Origin: Kiritimatiellia bacterium
GTDB lineage: Bacteria; Verrucomicrobiota; Kiritimatiellia; RFP12; UBA1067
DNA: 64,000 nt
Direction of reading: 5' to 3'
NCBI GenBank assembly: GCA_050949565.1
Contig: JBMNFY010000010.1
Location: forward strand, 160,001 to 224,000
Position numbers and translations under genes: made by a program. The notes under the pieces are model-generated. The model did no database searches and was not told where the DNA came from. It worked only from the letters and a program-made list of their open reading frames with translations. Positions 49,682 to 58,838 of the stretch are shown piece after piece (positions within the stretch are counted from its first letter, which is position 1; each line of letters starts with the position of its first letter).

Positions 49682-49957
49682 CAAGGGTAACCTCGCTTCG
49701 CTCGGTGGCTTTCAGACAGGAAAGAACGCGAAGAACAGCCCTTGTTTCTTCAAGGGTAACCTCGCTTCGCTCGGTGGCTTTCAGACAGGAAAGAACGCGA
49801 AGAACAGCCCTTGTTTCTTCAAGGGTAACCTCGCTTCGCTCGGTGGCTTTCAGACAGGAAAGAACGCGAAGAACAGCCCTTGTTTCTTCAAGGGTAACCT
49901 CGCTTCGCTCGGTGGCTTTCAGACAGGAAAGAACGCGAAGAACAGCCCTTGTTTCTT
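49682..49957. repeat. Four identical tandem copies of a 69-bp unit
   Basis: CAAGGGTAACCTCGCTTCGCTCGGTGGCTTTCAGACAGGAAAGAACGCGAAGAACAGCCCTTGTTTCTT starting at 49682, 49751, 49820 and 49889. Confidence 0.97.
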
Positions 49958-50023
49958 GTACGTTACCTTTTCACCTGCACCCACAGGCAGACCGAACGAA
50001 TCCTTTCTTTCCTGCTGGCCGGA

Positions 50024-50052
50024 ACCATATTGCATTCACCGGCCAGTGTCAA
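50024..50052 (-). promoter_or_regulatory. Outward-facing sigma70 promoter downstream of the IS91-like transposase
   Basis: Minus strand TTGACA (50052-50047), 17 bp spacer, TATGGT (50029-50024); overlapped by the inverted repeat CTGGCCGG/CCGGCCAG. Confidence 0.65.
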
Positions 50053-50076
50053 GCGCAAAAATCAAATTATTTCCGA

Positions 50077-51363
50077 TCAGATCGCCAGAGTCAGTTGCCT
50101 GTAAACCGGCGACAGAGAAACCGCCGGACAATACGTCGCCGGCGCCGTGCGCGCAGACAGGTTCCCGCCCCATTCGTAGACCACACCTTTCGTCTTGGTC
50201 CAGATGCGGATCAGCAGCATGTTCGCGGAGCCGCAGGCAGGGCAACGTATCCCGCCCTTGGCAAAACGCCCCTCCAGTTTCCGGCTGCCCGGCTGTCCGG
50301 GGCGTTGGCGGGCAAAGTACCGCGCCACCTGTCCGGCGCGGCGCACCAGAACCTGCAACGCATCGGCGACCAGGGCATGAATCTTCTTCCGCACCGGCCG
50401 GGCATAGATGCCGTAGTAACGCACCATCCGGAACCCCTTCGGCGGGAGATGCCGTATCATCCGCCCGATGAACTCGGACGCCGGGATTGTCTCATGCACT
50501 TCGCCCTTGCGATGATCCTCGTACCGGTACGTGACATTCTGTCCGTCGTAGTTCTCGATGCGCCGGATCGAGATCGGCGGGGCGCTCACGTACTTGCACA
50601 GGTAGATTACCAGCCGCTCCACCGGGCCTGACTCCGGCATGCAGTCGCAGTCAAACCCCGTCGGATACTTCGGAAACATCGAGCCCAGCCTGGCGTGCCA
50701 AGCGGCTTCATAGGCCGTGCCGCGCACCGCCTTTCTCAGAGCCGTGAGAACATGGTACTGCCACTTCTTGCGCAGTTTCTTCGTGTCGAAGAAGTTCACC
50801 TGCCGCCAGGCGTTGTCCTTGTCAATGCCGCCCTCGCTGACCACAAAGTGAAGGTGCGGATTGCTGTTGCCGGCCCGTCCGTGCAGTTGCAGCACCGCCA
50901 TGATTCCCACGCGAATCTTTTTCGCGCGCCGCCATTCCCGAATCAGCTCCTTGACCGCCACCGCACCGGCATCCATGTACACTTTTAAAAACGCCTCTTC
51001 CGCCAAGACCAGGGGCCGCAGCATTTTTGGCACGGTCAGCACCACTTGCCGGTGGATCACGCCCTCAAAGAGCACTTTCCTCGCCTGATTCAACCACTCG
51101 TCCACCGCCATCTTGAAGCAGCGCAGACACAGCCGACTCTTGCAGGTGAATCCGACCTTCTTTGTCGTTTGGCAGTCCCGGCACTGATACTCGTAGTAGC
51201 CTTCGCGAATATCGCCGCACGAGAGCATGCGTTCGACGTTTTCCTGCCAGTGTTCCGGGATCGCCCGACCATGTTCCCGCTCGTAACTGGCCGCGAAACC
51301 TGTCCAATGCTCCATAAATATTCGCTGCCACAGGTTGAGTTCCTCAAACGGCCGTTGTGTCAT
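50077..51363 (-). CDS. IS91-family (Y2 HUH) transposase
   Basis: Zn-binding N-domain (CGD...CRDC...FTCKSRLCLRC), HRQVVLTVP, HUH motif NPHLHFVV, YLCKYV (YxxxY), HLPPKGFRMVRYYG, CPACG. Confidence 0.93.
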   Translation of the reverse strand: MTQRPFEELNLWQRIFMEHWTGFAASYEREHGRAIPEHWQENVERMLSCGDIREGYYEYQCRDCQTTKKVGFTCKSRLCLRCFKMAVDEWLNQARKVLFEGVIHRQVVLTVPKMLRPLVLAEEAFLKVYMDAGAVAVKELIREWRRAKKIRVGIMAVLQLHGRAGNSNPHLHFVVSEGGIDKDNAWRQVNFFDTKKLRKKWQYHVLTALRKAVRGTAYEAAWHARLGSMFPKYPTGFDCDCMPESGPVERLVIYLCKYVSAPPISIRRIENYDGQNVTYRYEDHRKGEVHETIPASEFIGRMIRHLPPKGFRMVRYYGIYARPVRKKIHALVADALQVLVRRAGQVARYFARQRPGQPGSRKLEGRFAKGGIRCPACGSANMLLIRIWTKTKGVVYEWGGNLSARTAPATYCPAVSLSPVYRQLTLAI

Positions 51364-51675
51364 CCGCTGTCTCCTGTAACTCCTTGATATAACTCCTTGC
51401 CAGAGAGCAGACTATAGACCGTGTTCATTACAGGTTACAAGCAGAGAAATAAAGAACTGCGGATTTACGGACCGTGAGTTCCGAATCAGAAAGGAGATGG
51501 TCCACGGCTATGAAGGAGCGAGGCGCTTCGAGGTTCTGCGGTTCAACTGGGTTATGGGTAACCATCAGCTAAAAAACATGTCTCTTTACACGATTACTTG
51601 CTTTACTGGCTTAATCAGCAGTCGAGTTACAGGTTCCCATACATTCGTTAAAAACCGCACACAACGTTAATGCGT

Positions 51676-51703
51676 ATTTTAAATAGTTTTCCCTTTTAGT
51701 CAA
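51676..51703 (-). promoter_or_regulatory. Sigma70-type promoter, probably the native promoter of the giant protein gene
   Basis: Minus strand TTGACT (51703-51698), 16 bp spacer, TAAAAT (51681-51676) in an AT-rich region. Confidence 0.5.
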
Positions 51704-51791
51704 TAGCCCGCACAAATTTTTTTTAGGCGCGCTGAATCCTTTCAATGGACAGTCGAGAGGGGATGGTCTAACATCTCTGGCAATGTGAGGA

Positions 51792-51892
51792 GAGGCTCTT
51801 GCAAAACCCCTCGTGGCATGGGCGTCCCGCCCATGAGACACGGGCAAGATGCCCGTGCCACACCTGCAAGCAAGGGGTTTTGCAAGACCCTC
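51792..51892. mobile_element. MITE-like unit: 19-bp inverted repeats enclosing a REPIN
   Basis: GAGGCTCTTGCAAAACCCC ... GGGGTTTTGCAAGACCCTC (18/19 match) around REPs at 51813-51835 and 51839-51861. Confidence 0.65.
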
Positions 51893-51904
51893 AGGAGGTT
51901 GTTT

Positions 51905-54334
51905 ATGAGACGGTTGAACGTGTTGGGATGTCTGGTGGTTGCAGGGATGCTGATGGGGGCGCGGGCGCAGGAACTGCCCCGGCCGCCGGAGGGCGGGCGG
52001 GTGTTCCCGGAGTGGCAGGCGTTGCGCGATGATGCCGGAGTGCGGAAAACGCTGTTGCCGATGGCGGGCACGCCGCAGGCGACGTGGGACGCGGCGGGCT
52101 ATGTGCGGCTGCCGGTCAACTTTAAGGGCATGCGCCATGCGCGGGTCAATTGGGACGTCAGGACCAAAGTCGATTTGCGCGGCAGCCGCGGCATTCAGTT
52201 CGATTTCTATTGCCGTGAGTTGGAGCCGTTCACCTCGTTCAGTGTCTATTTCCGTAGCGGCGACGGCTGGTATCACGCCTCGTTCTGTCCGGATCGCGCC
52301 GGCGTGTGGCAGCGGATTGAGATCGACAAGGCCGACACGCGCGTCGAAGGAAAGCCTGCGGGGTGGGGGCAGGTTGATGCGATCCGCGTATCAGGCTGGC
52401 GCGGGCGCGATCTGGATACGCTGTGCGCGATGGCGAATCTGGGCTTTGCCGGCGGAACGCCGCAAGTGCTGGTGGTGCGGGCCGATTCGAACGTTGCCGG
52501 TAGCGGCGGGGAAGGCAAGTCGTTCAGCCGTTACGCCTGGACGGTATCCTCAACCTTTGACCGATTGGGCATCGATTCGGTGCAGGTAGCCGATACTGAT
52601 TTGGCACCGGATCTGTTCGAGGGGATCAAGCTGGTGGTGCTGCCCTACAACCCGCGCATACCCGCAACGGCGGTGGAGCATCTTCGCGCTTATGTGGCGG
52701 GCGGCGGTAAGCTGCTGGTTTGCTATTCTCTGCCTGCGGAGATCGGCAAATTGCTGGGGTTGCGTGCGACGGGTAGCGTGGTGGCGGAGCCGACGTATTT
52801 TATGGGTTTCGCGCGCACCGCGCAGGGACTGCCGGCGCAACCTGACTTCGTTAAGCAGGCATCGTGGCGCACCACGCTGGCCGCCCCGCTGGAGGGGCAG
52901 TCGGCGCGCGTGCTGGCGGTCTGGCGCGACGGTCAGGGGAACGATACGCCGCATCCGGCGCTGACGCTGACGCCGGCGGGAGCCTTTATGGGCCATGTGT
53001 GGTTTGGCGGCGGCGTCGAAGGGCTGGCGCTGATGCGTGCGGTGGCGGGCGAAATAGTGCCGGATATCTGGCAGAAATCGGCGGAACAGGCGTTGGCGCG
53101 GATTGGCACTATCGGTGGCGCGGCGGATTTCGCGGCCTTTTGCGCTGCGGTCGAGGCGATGCGTCCGTCGCAGGCGGCGCGTGACGCGTTGGCTAAGTCC
53201 GTTGCGGCGCGCGATGAGGCGGCCAAGCATTTGGCGGCGAAGCGCTGGCACGAAAGTCTGAAGGCCAACGGCGAGGCGGACGACGCGGCGCGGCGTGCTT
53301 GGTTTCTGACGCGCAAGTCGCGTCCGGGCGAACACCGCGCTTTCTGGTGTCATAGTGCGTTCGGGCTGCCCGGCAAGAATTGGGATGAGTCCATCCGCTT
53401 TTTGAAAGAGCACGGCTTTACCGCTATTCAGCCCAATATGCTGTGGGGCGGGACAGCCTACTATCCGTCGAAGGTGCTGCCGGTCTACGAGGGACTGGCG
53501 GAGCGCGGCGATCAGGTTGAGCAGTGCGTGGCGGCGTGCCGCAAATACGGCGTGGCCTGTCATGTATGGAAGGTCAACTGGAACATGTCGAACAAGGCGC
53601 CCAAAGCGTTTGTCAAGCGCATGGTGCGCGAGGGCCGTGTGCAGAAGCTCTTCAGCGGCGAAGTCCAAGATAGTTGGTTGTGTCCCTCGCATCCGGCGAA
53701 TCAGGATCTTGAGGTCGCTTCAATGGTGGAACTGGTCCGCATGTACAAGGTGGACGGCGTCCATTTTGACTACATCCGCTACCCGGACGGCAACTCCTGT
53801 TTTTGTGATGGATGCCGGACCCGCTTTGAGGCCAAGCTCGGTCGGCGTGTGGCGCAGTGGCCGCAGGATACGCGCAGGGATGAGGAGGTCCGGTCGGCGT
53901 GGCTGGCGTTCAGGCGCGCCGGCATTGATACGGTGGTGCGGCGCGTCGCTCAGGAGGCGCGCGCGATCCGCCCCTCCGTGCAGATCTCTGCGGCGGTGTT
54001 CCGCAACTGGCCGCTTGACCGCGATAACGTTGGTCAGGATTGGGGCATGTGGTGCGAGCAGGGGTGGCTGGATTTCGTCTGTCCCATGGACTACGTCGAC
54101 TCGAACGTTGCGTTCCGTAATATGGTCAGCACACAGAAAACTTTCGCAGGCAAGGTGCGTCTCTATCCGGGCATCGGTCTTTCCTGCTGGAAGAATCCGC
54201 AAGATGCGGTGAAACTCGCCGAGCAGATCGAGGTTACACGGGAACTGGGCCTGTCCGGGTTCACGGTTTTCAACTACGACGCGAACGCAGAGGCGGTTCT
54301 GCCGTGGGTGCGTCTTGGCACTACGGCGGATTAG
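51905..54334 (+). CDS. Secreted GHL10 (DUF187, family-10-like) glycoside hydrolase with N-terminal CBM-like and class I glutamine amidotransferase-like domains
   Basis: RBS AGGAGG plus ATG 51905; signal peptide; WLCPSHP, DGVHFDYIRYP, QDWGMW, DFVCPMDY. Confidence 0.85.
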   Translation: MRRLNVLGCLVVAGMLMGARAQELPRPPEGGRVFPEWQALRDDAGVRKTLLPMAGTPQATWDAAGYVRLPVNFKGMRHARVNWDVRTKVDLRGSRGIQFDFYCRELEPFTSFSVYFRSGDGWYHASFCPDRAGVWQRIEIDKADTRVEGKPAGWGQVDAIRVSGWRGRDLDTLCAMANLGFAGGTPQVLVVRADSNVAGSGGEGKSFSRYAWTVSSTFDRLGIDSVQVADTDLAPDLFEGIKLVVLPYNPRIPATAVEHLRAYVAGGGKLLVCYSLPAEIGKLLGLRATGSVVAEPTYFMGFARTAQGLPAQPDFVKQASWRTTLAAPLEGQSARVLAVWRDGQGNDTPHPALTLTPAGAFMGHVWFGGGVEGLALMRAVAGEIVPDIWQKSAEQALARIGTIGGAADFAAFCAAVEAMRPSQAARDALAKSVAARDEAAKHLAAKRWHESLKANGEADDAARRAWFLTRKSRPGEHRAFWCHSAFGLPGKNWDESIRFLKEHGFTAIQPNMLWGGTAYYPSKVLPVYEGLAERGDQVEQCVAACRKYGVACHVWKVNWNMSNKAPKAFVKRMVREGRVQKLFSGEVQDSWLCPSHPANQDLEVASMVELVRMYKVDGVHFDYIRYPDGNSCFCDGCRTRFEAKLGRRVAQWPQDTRRDEEVRSAWLAFRRAGIDTVVRRVAQEARAIRPSVQISAAVFRNWPLDRDNVGQDWGMWCEQGWLDFVCPMDYVDSNVAFRNMVSTQKTFAGKVRLYPGIGLSCWKNPQDAVKLAEQIEVTRELGLSGFTVFNYDANAEAVLPWVRLGTTAD

Positions 54335-54363
54335 GGCTTTGTCGGCCGATAAAACACAGAGGG

Positions 54364-54411
54364 GTGGCACGGCATCTTGCCCGTGTTTCATGGGCGGGAC
54401 GCCCATGCCAC
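54364..54411. repeat. REPIN (inverted REP pair, GTGG family)
   Basis: GTGGCAC(G)GGCATCTTGCCCGTG-TTT-CATGGGCGGGACGCCCATGCCAC between convergent genes. Confidence 0.85.
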
Positions 54412-54496
54412 GCCGCTTTTTGAGCAGGAGTGCAGTGACAAGGCGGCGCGTAAAAGCGGTGCCGTGATCCGCGCGTAGCGCGGCCCTTGTCACCGC

Positions 54497-54526
54497 ACCT
54501 ATTACCTCTTACCTATTACCTATTAC
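54497..54526. repeat. Heptamer tandem repeat (ACCTATT)x4
   Basis: ACCTATT ACCTCTT ACCTATT ACCTATT AC. Confidence 0.75.
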
Positions 54527-54533
54527 TTCCGCC

Positions 54534-54695
54534 TTATTCGACCGGCGAGAACTCATCTTTGCCGACGCCGCACTCGGGGCAGATCCAGTCGCCCGGGATG
54601 TCCTCAAAGGGCGTGCCGGGCGCGACGCCGTTGGAGGGATCGCCGGTCTCAGGGTCGTACACATAACCGCACACATTGCACACGTATTTCTGCAT
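54534..54695 (-). CDS. Rubredoxin
   Basis: [15 protein letters not shown]...[23 protein letters not shown]; RBS AAGGAA. Confidence 0.96.
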   Translation of the reverse strand: MQKYVCNVCGYVYDPETGDPSNGVAPGTPFEDIPGDWICPECGVGKDEFSPVE

Positions 54696-54809
54696 AGAAA
54701 AATTCCTTTCTTTGTGGCCCCTAAGTAAACTCGGTTTGCGGAAAACAGTCAACCGTTATTTCTGTCATTCCGTGTTCAACTCGCGAGGTGCGCATGTCGC
54801 GCGCGCGAC

Positions 54810-56097
54810 CGGCCAGCGCAACACCTAAAGTTTTGAAAGCGGCCACGCGTTGAAGTACACTTCCTTCATGCGGTAAACAGGAAGGAGACAAAAGTGTCTT
54901 ACGAACGCGTGACCGAGGGAGAGCGTAACCAGATTTACGCTTTGAGGCAAGCCGGAAAAGGCATCAACGAGATAGCGCGGCAACTGGGTCGCCACAAGAG
55001 CACGGTGAGCCGCGAAGTGAAGCGAAACGCCGGGCAGCGGGGCTACCGGCCCCGCCAGGCGCACCGGAAGGCCGTGGAGCGGGCGAAGCGTCCCGGTCCG
55101 AGGCGGTTCACTGAAGAGGTTCGGCGCTACGCGGAGGAGAAGCTCCGGCTGGGGTGGTCTCCCGAGGCGATCTGCGGGCGGGCCGGGTTGGAGGGCCGCG
55201 CGCACGTGTGCAAGGAGACGATCTACAAGCACGTGTACGCAGACGCGAAGGCGGGCGGCGACCTTTGGACGCATCTGGCGCGCGCGAAGCGCAGGCGCAA
55301 GCGGCGCTGCCCCCGCCAGGAGGGGCGCGGGCGGGGCGTAATTCCCGGCCGGCGCGGGATCGAGACGCGGCCGCCGGAAGTCGGGCTGCGTGTCGTGCCG
55401 GGGCACTGGGAGGGCGACCTCGTGGCCGGCGCGGCCGGGACGGGCTATCTCGTGACACTGGTGGAGCGGGTGACCCGGTTCGCACTGGTGGGGTGGGTGC
55501 CGACCAAGGAGGCGGACGTGGTCACCGCCGAGATCATCCGGCTGTTCAGAGAGATCGGCGTGATCTGCACAGGGATCACGTTCGACAACGGCAAGGAGTT
55601 CGCCGGCCACGCCGAGATATCCTGTGCCCTGGAGTTGAGGGACGGCGTGTTCTTCGCCACCCCGTACCACTCCTGGGAGCGGGGGACGAACGAGAACACG
55701 AACGGGCTGATCCGGCGCCTGTACCCCAAGAAGTCCTCGTTCGCATCGATCGGCGCGGCGGAGCTCCGGCGGATCGACGAGTTCCTGAACGACCGTCCGA
55801 AGAAGTGTCTCGGCTGGAAGACGCCGAGGGAGGTGATGGGCGCCTTCCTTGCCGCAGCCGTGTGAGCGGCATTCTCCAGCAAAGGGCGAGACCGCATCCC
55901 CTTCCCCGCCCCCTCCGGCGGAATACCGCCGGAGGGGGCGGGGAAGGGCCGGCCTTGCTGTGCCCTTGCGCAGCCCGGCTCCCTGCTCTGAGCCGGTTCA
56001 GCCTTGCCAAGCCCCCTCCCTCATGCCAAAATGACCTTCATTCAGCACCTGAAGGAAGCGCGCGCCCGCCAGCCAGCGGCCAGCGTTGCGCTGGCCG
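54810..56097 (+). mobile_element. IS30-family insertion sequence (ends approximate)
   Basis: Inverted repeat CGGCCAGCGCAAC (54810-54822) / GTTGCGCTGGCCG (56085-56097) around the transposase; the true ends may extend about 12-15 bp outward. Confidence 0.7.
54894..55865 (+). CDS. IS30-family DDE transposase
   Basis: IARQLGRHKSTVSREVKRN, WSPEAI, ETIY, GHWEGDLV, ITFDNGKEF, PYHSWERGTNENTNGLIR, LNDRPKKCLGWKTP. Confidence 0.96.
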   Translation: MSYERVTEGERNQIYALRQAGKGINEIARQLGRHKSTVSREVKRNAGQRGYRPRQAHRKAVERAKRPGPRRFTEEVRRYAEEKLRLGWSPEAICGRAGLEGRAHVCKETIYKHVYADAKAGGDLWTHLARAKRRRKRRCPRQEGRGRGVIPGRRGIETRPPEVGLRVVPGHWEGDLVAGAAGTGYLVTLVERVTRFALVGWVPTKEADVVTAEIIRLFREIGVICTGITFDNGKEFAGHAEISCALELRDGVFFATPYHSWERGTNENTNGLIRRLYPKKSSFASIGAAELRRIDEFLNDRPKKCLGWKTPREVMGAFLAAAV

Positions 56098-56185
56098 CTG
56101 GCTGGCGGGTGTGGTTGAGCGGAACGACCGGGCGTGTTATCCTTCTCGGTGCAAGTCACGTTTTTCATTTGTTCGAGAGGGAAAT

Positions 56186-58804
56186 ATGCGGATCAAAAGT
56201 ATTCTGGTTGTTGGGCTGGCGGCGGCTGTTGCGTGTGCGGCGCAGGATAATGGGCGGGCGGGGTGGTTCCCGTTTGTCATTCCGGACTTGGCGGATACGC
56301 ACACTGCCGGCACGCCGATTGACCTCTCGTTTCTCAACGCGGAGCCAGCGGGAGCGCACGGGCATCTGCGTCCGGACGGCGAGCGGATTGTGGATGGCCG
56401 CGGTCGCGAGGTACGATTGTTCGGATCGAATATCTGTGATTACCATCCCATGCCGCCCAAAGAGCAGGCGCCGCGCATGGCACGGCGGCTCCGGGAACTC
56501 GGCTTCAACTTTATCCGCCTGCATTATTTTGATTTTGCCAAAGCGCCGGTCGGTATCTTGAACGAGGATATGCAGACCTTGAACCCTGAAAAGCTCGACC
56601 AGTTTGATTGGCTGATCGCTCAGCTCAAGGAGAATGGCATCTACGTGGACATCAACCTGCACGTCTGCCGTCCCTATCCCGGCCAGCCGAAGGAGGTGCA
56701 CCGTTTCGGCAAGGGCATTGACTTCATCTATGAGCCGTATATCGCGTCGCAACAGCAATACGCGCGCGACTTGATCGGGCATGTCAATCCCTACACCGGA
56801 CTCTCCTACGCGAAAGATCCGGCTGTGGCGGTGATTGAGTTGAATAACGAGAACACCGTCTTTCAGATCGCCTACACGCTGGCGGGACTGCCGGAGCCGT
56901 TTCGTGGCGCGATAACGCGCAAATGGAATGGCTGGCTCGCCAAGAGGTATGGCAACAGCGAGGCCGTGCGTGCCGCGTGGAATGCCGCTGCACAGGCTGA
57001 GAAAGGGCCGGAACTGTTGACAAATGGAAGGTTTCGCGAAGGCACGCGCAACTGGTCGTTTCAGAATGCCGAAGGCGCGAAATCCACAACGAGCGTGGTG
57101 AATGACGCTGCAGATGACGCTCCCGCGCTGCGCTGGGAGGTGACGGCGGGCGGCAGCGAGTCGTGGCATGTGCAGGCCATGGTGCCCGACTTGCCGGTCG
57201 AACACGGCAAAACATACGCGGTCGCCTTCCGGGCGCGTGCGACAGGCGACAAGGCCGTAAAACTGGGTGTGGGCATGATGATGCAGCGGCCTCCGTGGAC
57301 CTCCGCGCACGGCGGGGCGACGATCACGCTCGATAGCACATGGCGCGAGTATGGCGTGACCTGCACGGTCGAGAATCCTAATGCTATTCCGATGCGGCTC
57401 AATTTTGCGGTCGGACGCCAGACCGGTGTGATTGAACTGACCGATGTTTCGGTACGCGAAGGCCGCTATGCAGTGATCGGGCTGCGTGACGGCGAGCGCG
57501 TGGAGGTAGGCAACGTGCCGCTGGTGGCGGACACCGCCTGTCCAGAGCGTTCGGCGGATTTCATGCGTTTTCTGATGGTTGAGGAGGAGGCTTATGTCTC
57601 GGCGATGATGCGCGTGTTGCGCGATGAGTTGGGCGCGCGTGCGATGATCTACTGTACGCAGGCTAATTATGGCGGATTGGCCGGTCTCCGGCGTGAGGCG
57701 CGTCACGGCGACCTGATCGACATGCACTGCTATCCGTGTCATCCTCGTGTCGTAGAGGATGAAGAGGGGAGACGTCGCCACACGGTTCGTAACGAGTCGA
57801 TGGTTGGCGCGGCGTTCGGTCCGCTTGAGGGTACGGCCTTGTGGCGGGTGGCGGGCAAGCCGTTTCTGATGACGGAGTTTGATCTCAATCCACCGAACGA
57901 TCATGCATCGGAGAACTTTTCGTTGCTGGCGTTGCTCGCGGCTTATCAGGGATGGGCAGGGTTCGCGGAGTATTCGTGGTATAACTTCCAAGGTGGCAAG
58001 CAGGGGCACAACCGCATTCAGAGCCACTACGCCACAACCGGGCATGCGGGACAAATGTGCATGGTACCAGCGATGGCACTTCTTTTCAGGCAAGGGCTTG
58101 TCGCCCCAGCGCGCGAGCCACTCACGCTGGATGTGCCCGAGCAGGAGATCGCCGCACGTGTGGCGGACAATGTCTGGAGCGGCATGTCAGGTCTGCTTGA
58201 ACGGGGCAAAGGGAACGTGTCGGATGTGTGGCGTCGCAAGGTGTCATGCCGATTGGTGTCATCAGGCGCGGCGCTCAGCGGTGCGAGCGGATTGGACGGA
58301 CGCTCAATCGTCAGCGACACGGGCGAGATCGAGTTTGACCGACAGGCGGAGGATGCGGTGTCGCTGCGGGTCAATGCCCCGGCCGCGCGTCTGTTGATCG
58401 GCAGGGTCGGCGGCCGGGCGTTTCAACTCGGAGATGTGCGCATGGAGGTCGGCGCCGGCACGCGCAACGGATATGCCAACATCGCACTGGTCGCACTCGA
58501 TGCGCGGCCGGTGACCGAGTCGCAGCGTCTGCTGCTCACAGCCGTGGCGCGTGTGGAGAACGCCGGACAACGCTGGAACGACGCGCGTACCGGCGTGATA
58601 GAGTGGGGGGAGGGGCCGACGGTGGCTGAACCGGTGACGCTGACCGTGACCCTGCCCGGCACGGGATGGCGCGCGACGGCGCTGGACGGCAGCGGGGGGC
58701 GTCAGGCGCAGGTGCCGATGGACGGTGCTGTGTTGAAAACATCGGGGGCGCATGCGACGCTCTGGTATCTGCTCGAACGGGGTGCCCCTAAAAAGAGCCG
58801 GTGA
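56186..58804 (+). CDS. Secreted clan GH-A (GH5-like) glycoside hydrolase with inserted CBM4/9-like domain
   Basis: RBS GAGG plus ATG 56186; signal peptide; GFNFIRLH, GIYVDINLH, HVNPYTG...IELNNEN, ELLTNGRF (CBM), FLMTEF. Confidence 0.85.
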   Translation: MRIKSILVVGLAAAVACAAQDNGRAGWFPFVIPDLADTHTAGTPIDLSFLNAEPAGAHGHLRPDGERIVDGRGREVRLFGSNICDYHPMPPKEQAPRMARRLRELGFNFIRLHYFDFAKAPVGILNEDMQTLNPEKLDQFDWLIAQLKENGIYVDINLHVCRPYPGQPKEVHRFGKGIDFIYEPYIASQQQYARDLIGHVNPYTGLSYAKDPAVAVIELNNENTVFQIAYTLAGLPEPFRGAITRKWNGWLAKRYGNSEAVRAAWNAAAQAEKGPELLTNGRFREGTRNWSFQNAEGAKSTTSVVNDAADDAPALRWEVTAGGSESWHVQAMVPDLPVEHGKTYAVAFRARATGDKAVKLGVGMMMQRPPWTSAHGGATITLDSTWREYGVTCTVENPNAIPMRLNFAVGRQTGVIELTDVSVREGRYAVIGLRDGERVEVGNVPLVADTACPERSADFMRFLMVEEEAYVSAMMRVLRDELGARAMIYCTQANYGGLAGLRREARHGDLIDMHCYPCHPRVVEDEEGRRRHTVRNESMVGAAFGPLEGTALWRVAGKPFLMTEFDLNPPNDHASENFSLLALLAAYQGWAGFAEYSWYNFQGGKQGHNRIQSHYATTGHAGQMCMVPAMALLFRQGLVAPAREPLTLDVPEQEIAARVADNVWSGMSGLLERGKGNVSDVWRRKVSCRLVSSGAALSGASGLDGRSIVSDTGEIEFDRQAEDAVSLRVNAPAARLLIGRVGGRAFQLGDVRMEVGAGTRNGYANIALVALDARPVTESQRLLLTAVARVENAGQRWNDARTGVIEWGEGPTVAEPVTLTVTLPGTGWRATALDGSGGRQAQVPMDGAVLKTSGAHATLWYLLERGAPKKSR

Positions 58805-58838
58805 ACTTTAAATACCTGTCCCTTAGTTGTCCTGGCCT

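Larger units (their letters stand above)
49685..51563 (-). mobile_element. IS91-like rolling-circle element (boundaries inferred)
   Basis: Y2 transposase flanked by GGGTAACC (+ strand) at 51556-51563 and at 49685-49692 (also in each repeat copy); no TIRs seen. Confidence 0.6.

Noticed and set aside
49682-49957. CRISPR array
   Set aside because: The units are fully identical 69-mers with no unique spacers, and no cas genes are in the window.
49497-50631. Repeat-containing plus-strand ORFs (324 aa, 308 aa)
   Set aside because: They arise from the stop-free 69-bp repeat and the transposase antisense strand; there is no independent coding evidence.
51785-51904. N-terminal extension of the GHL10 ORF
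   Set aside because: It is translated MITE/REPIN sequence; RBS AGGAGG and the signal peptide point to ATG 51905.
55154-56185. N-terminal extension of the GH gene (1216-aa ORF) through IS30
   Set aside because: This is an alternative frame of the GC-rich transposase. The real start is ATG 56186, which has an RBS and signal peptide.
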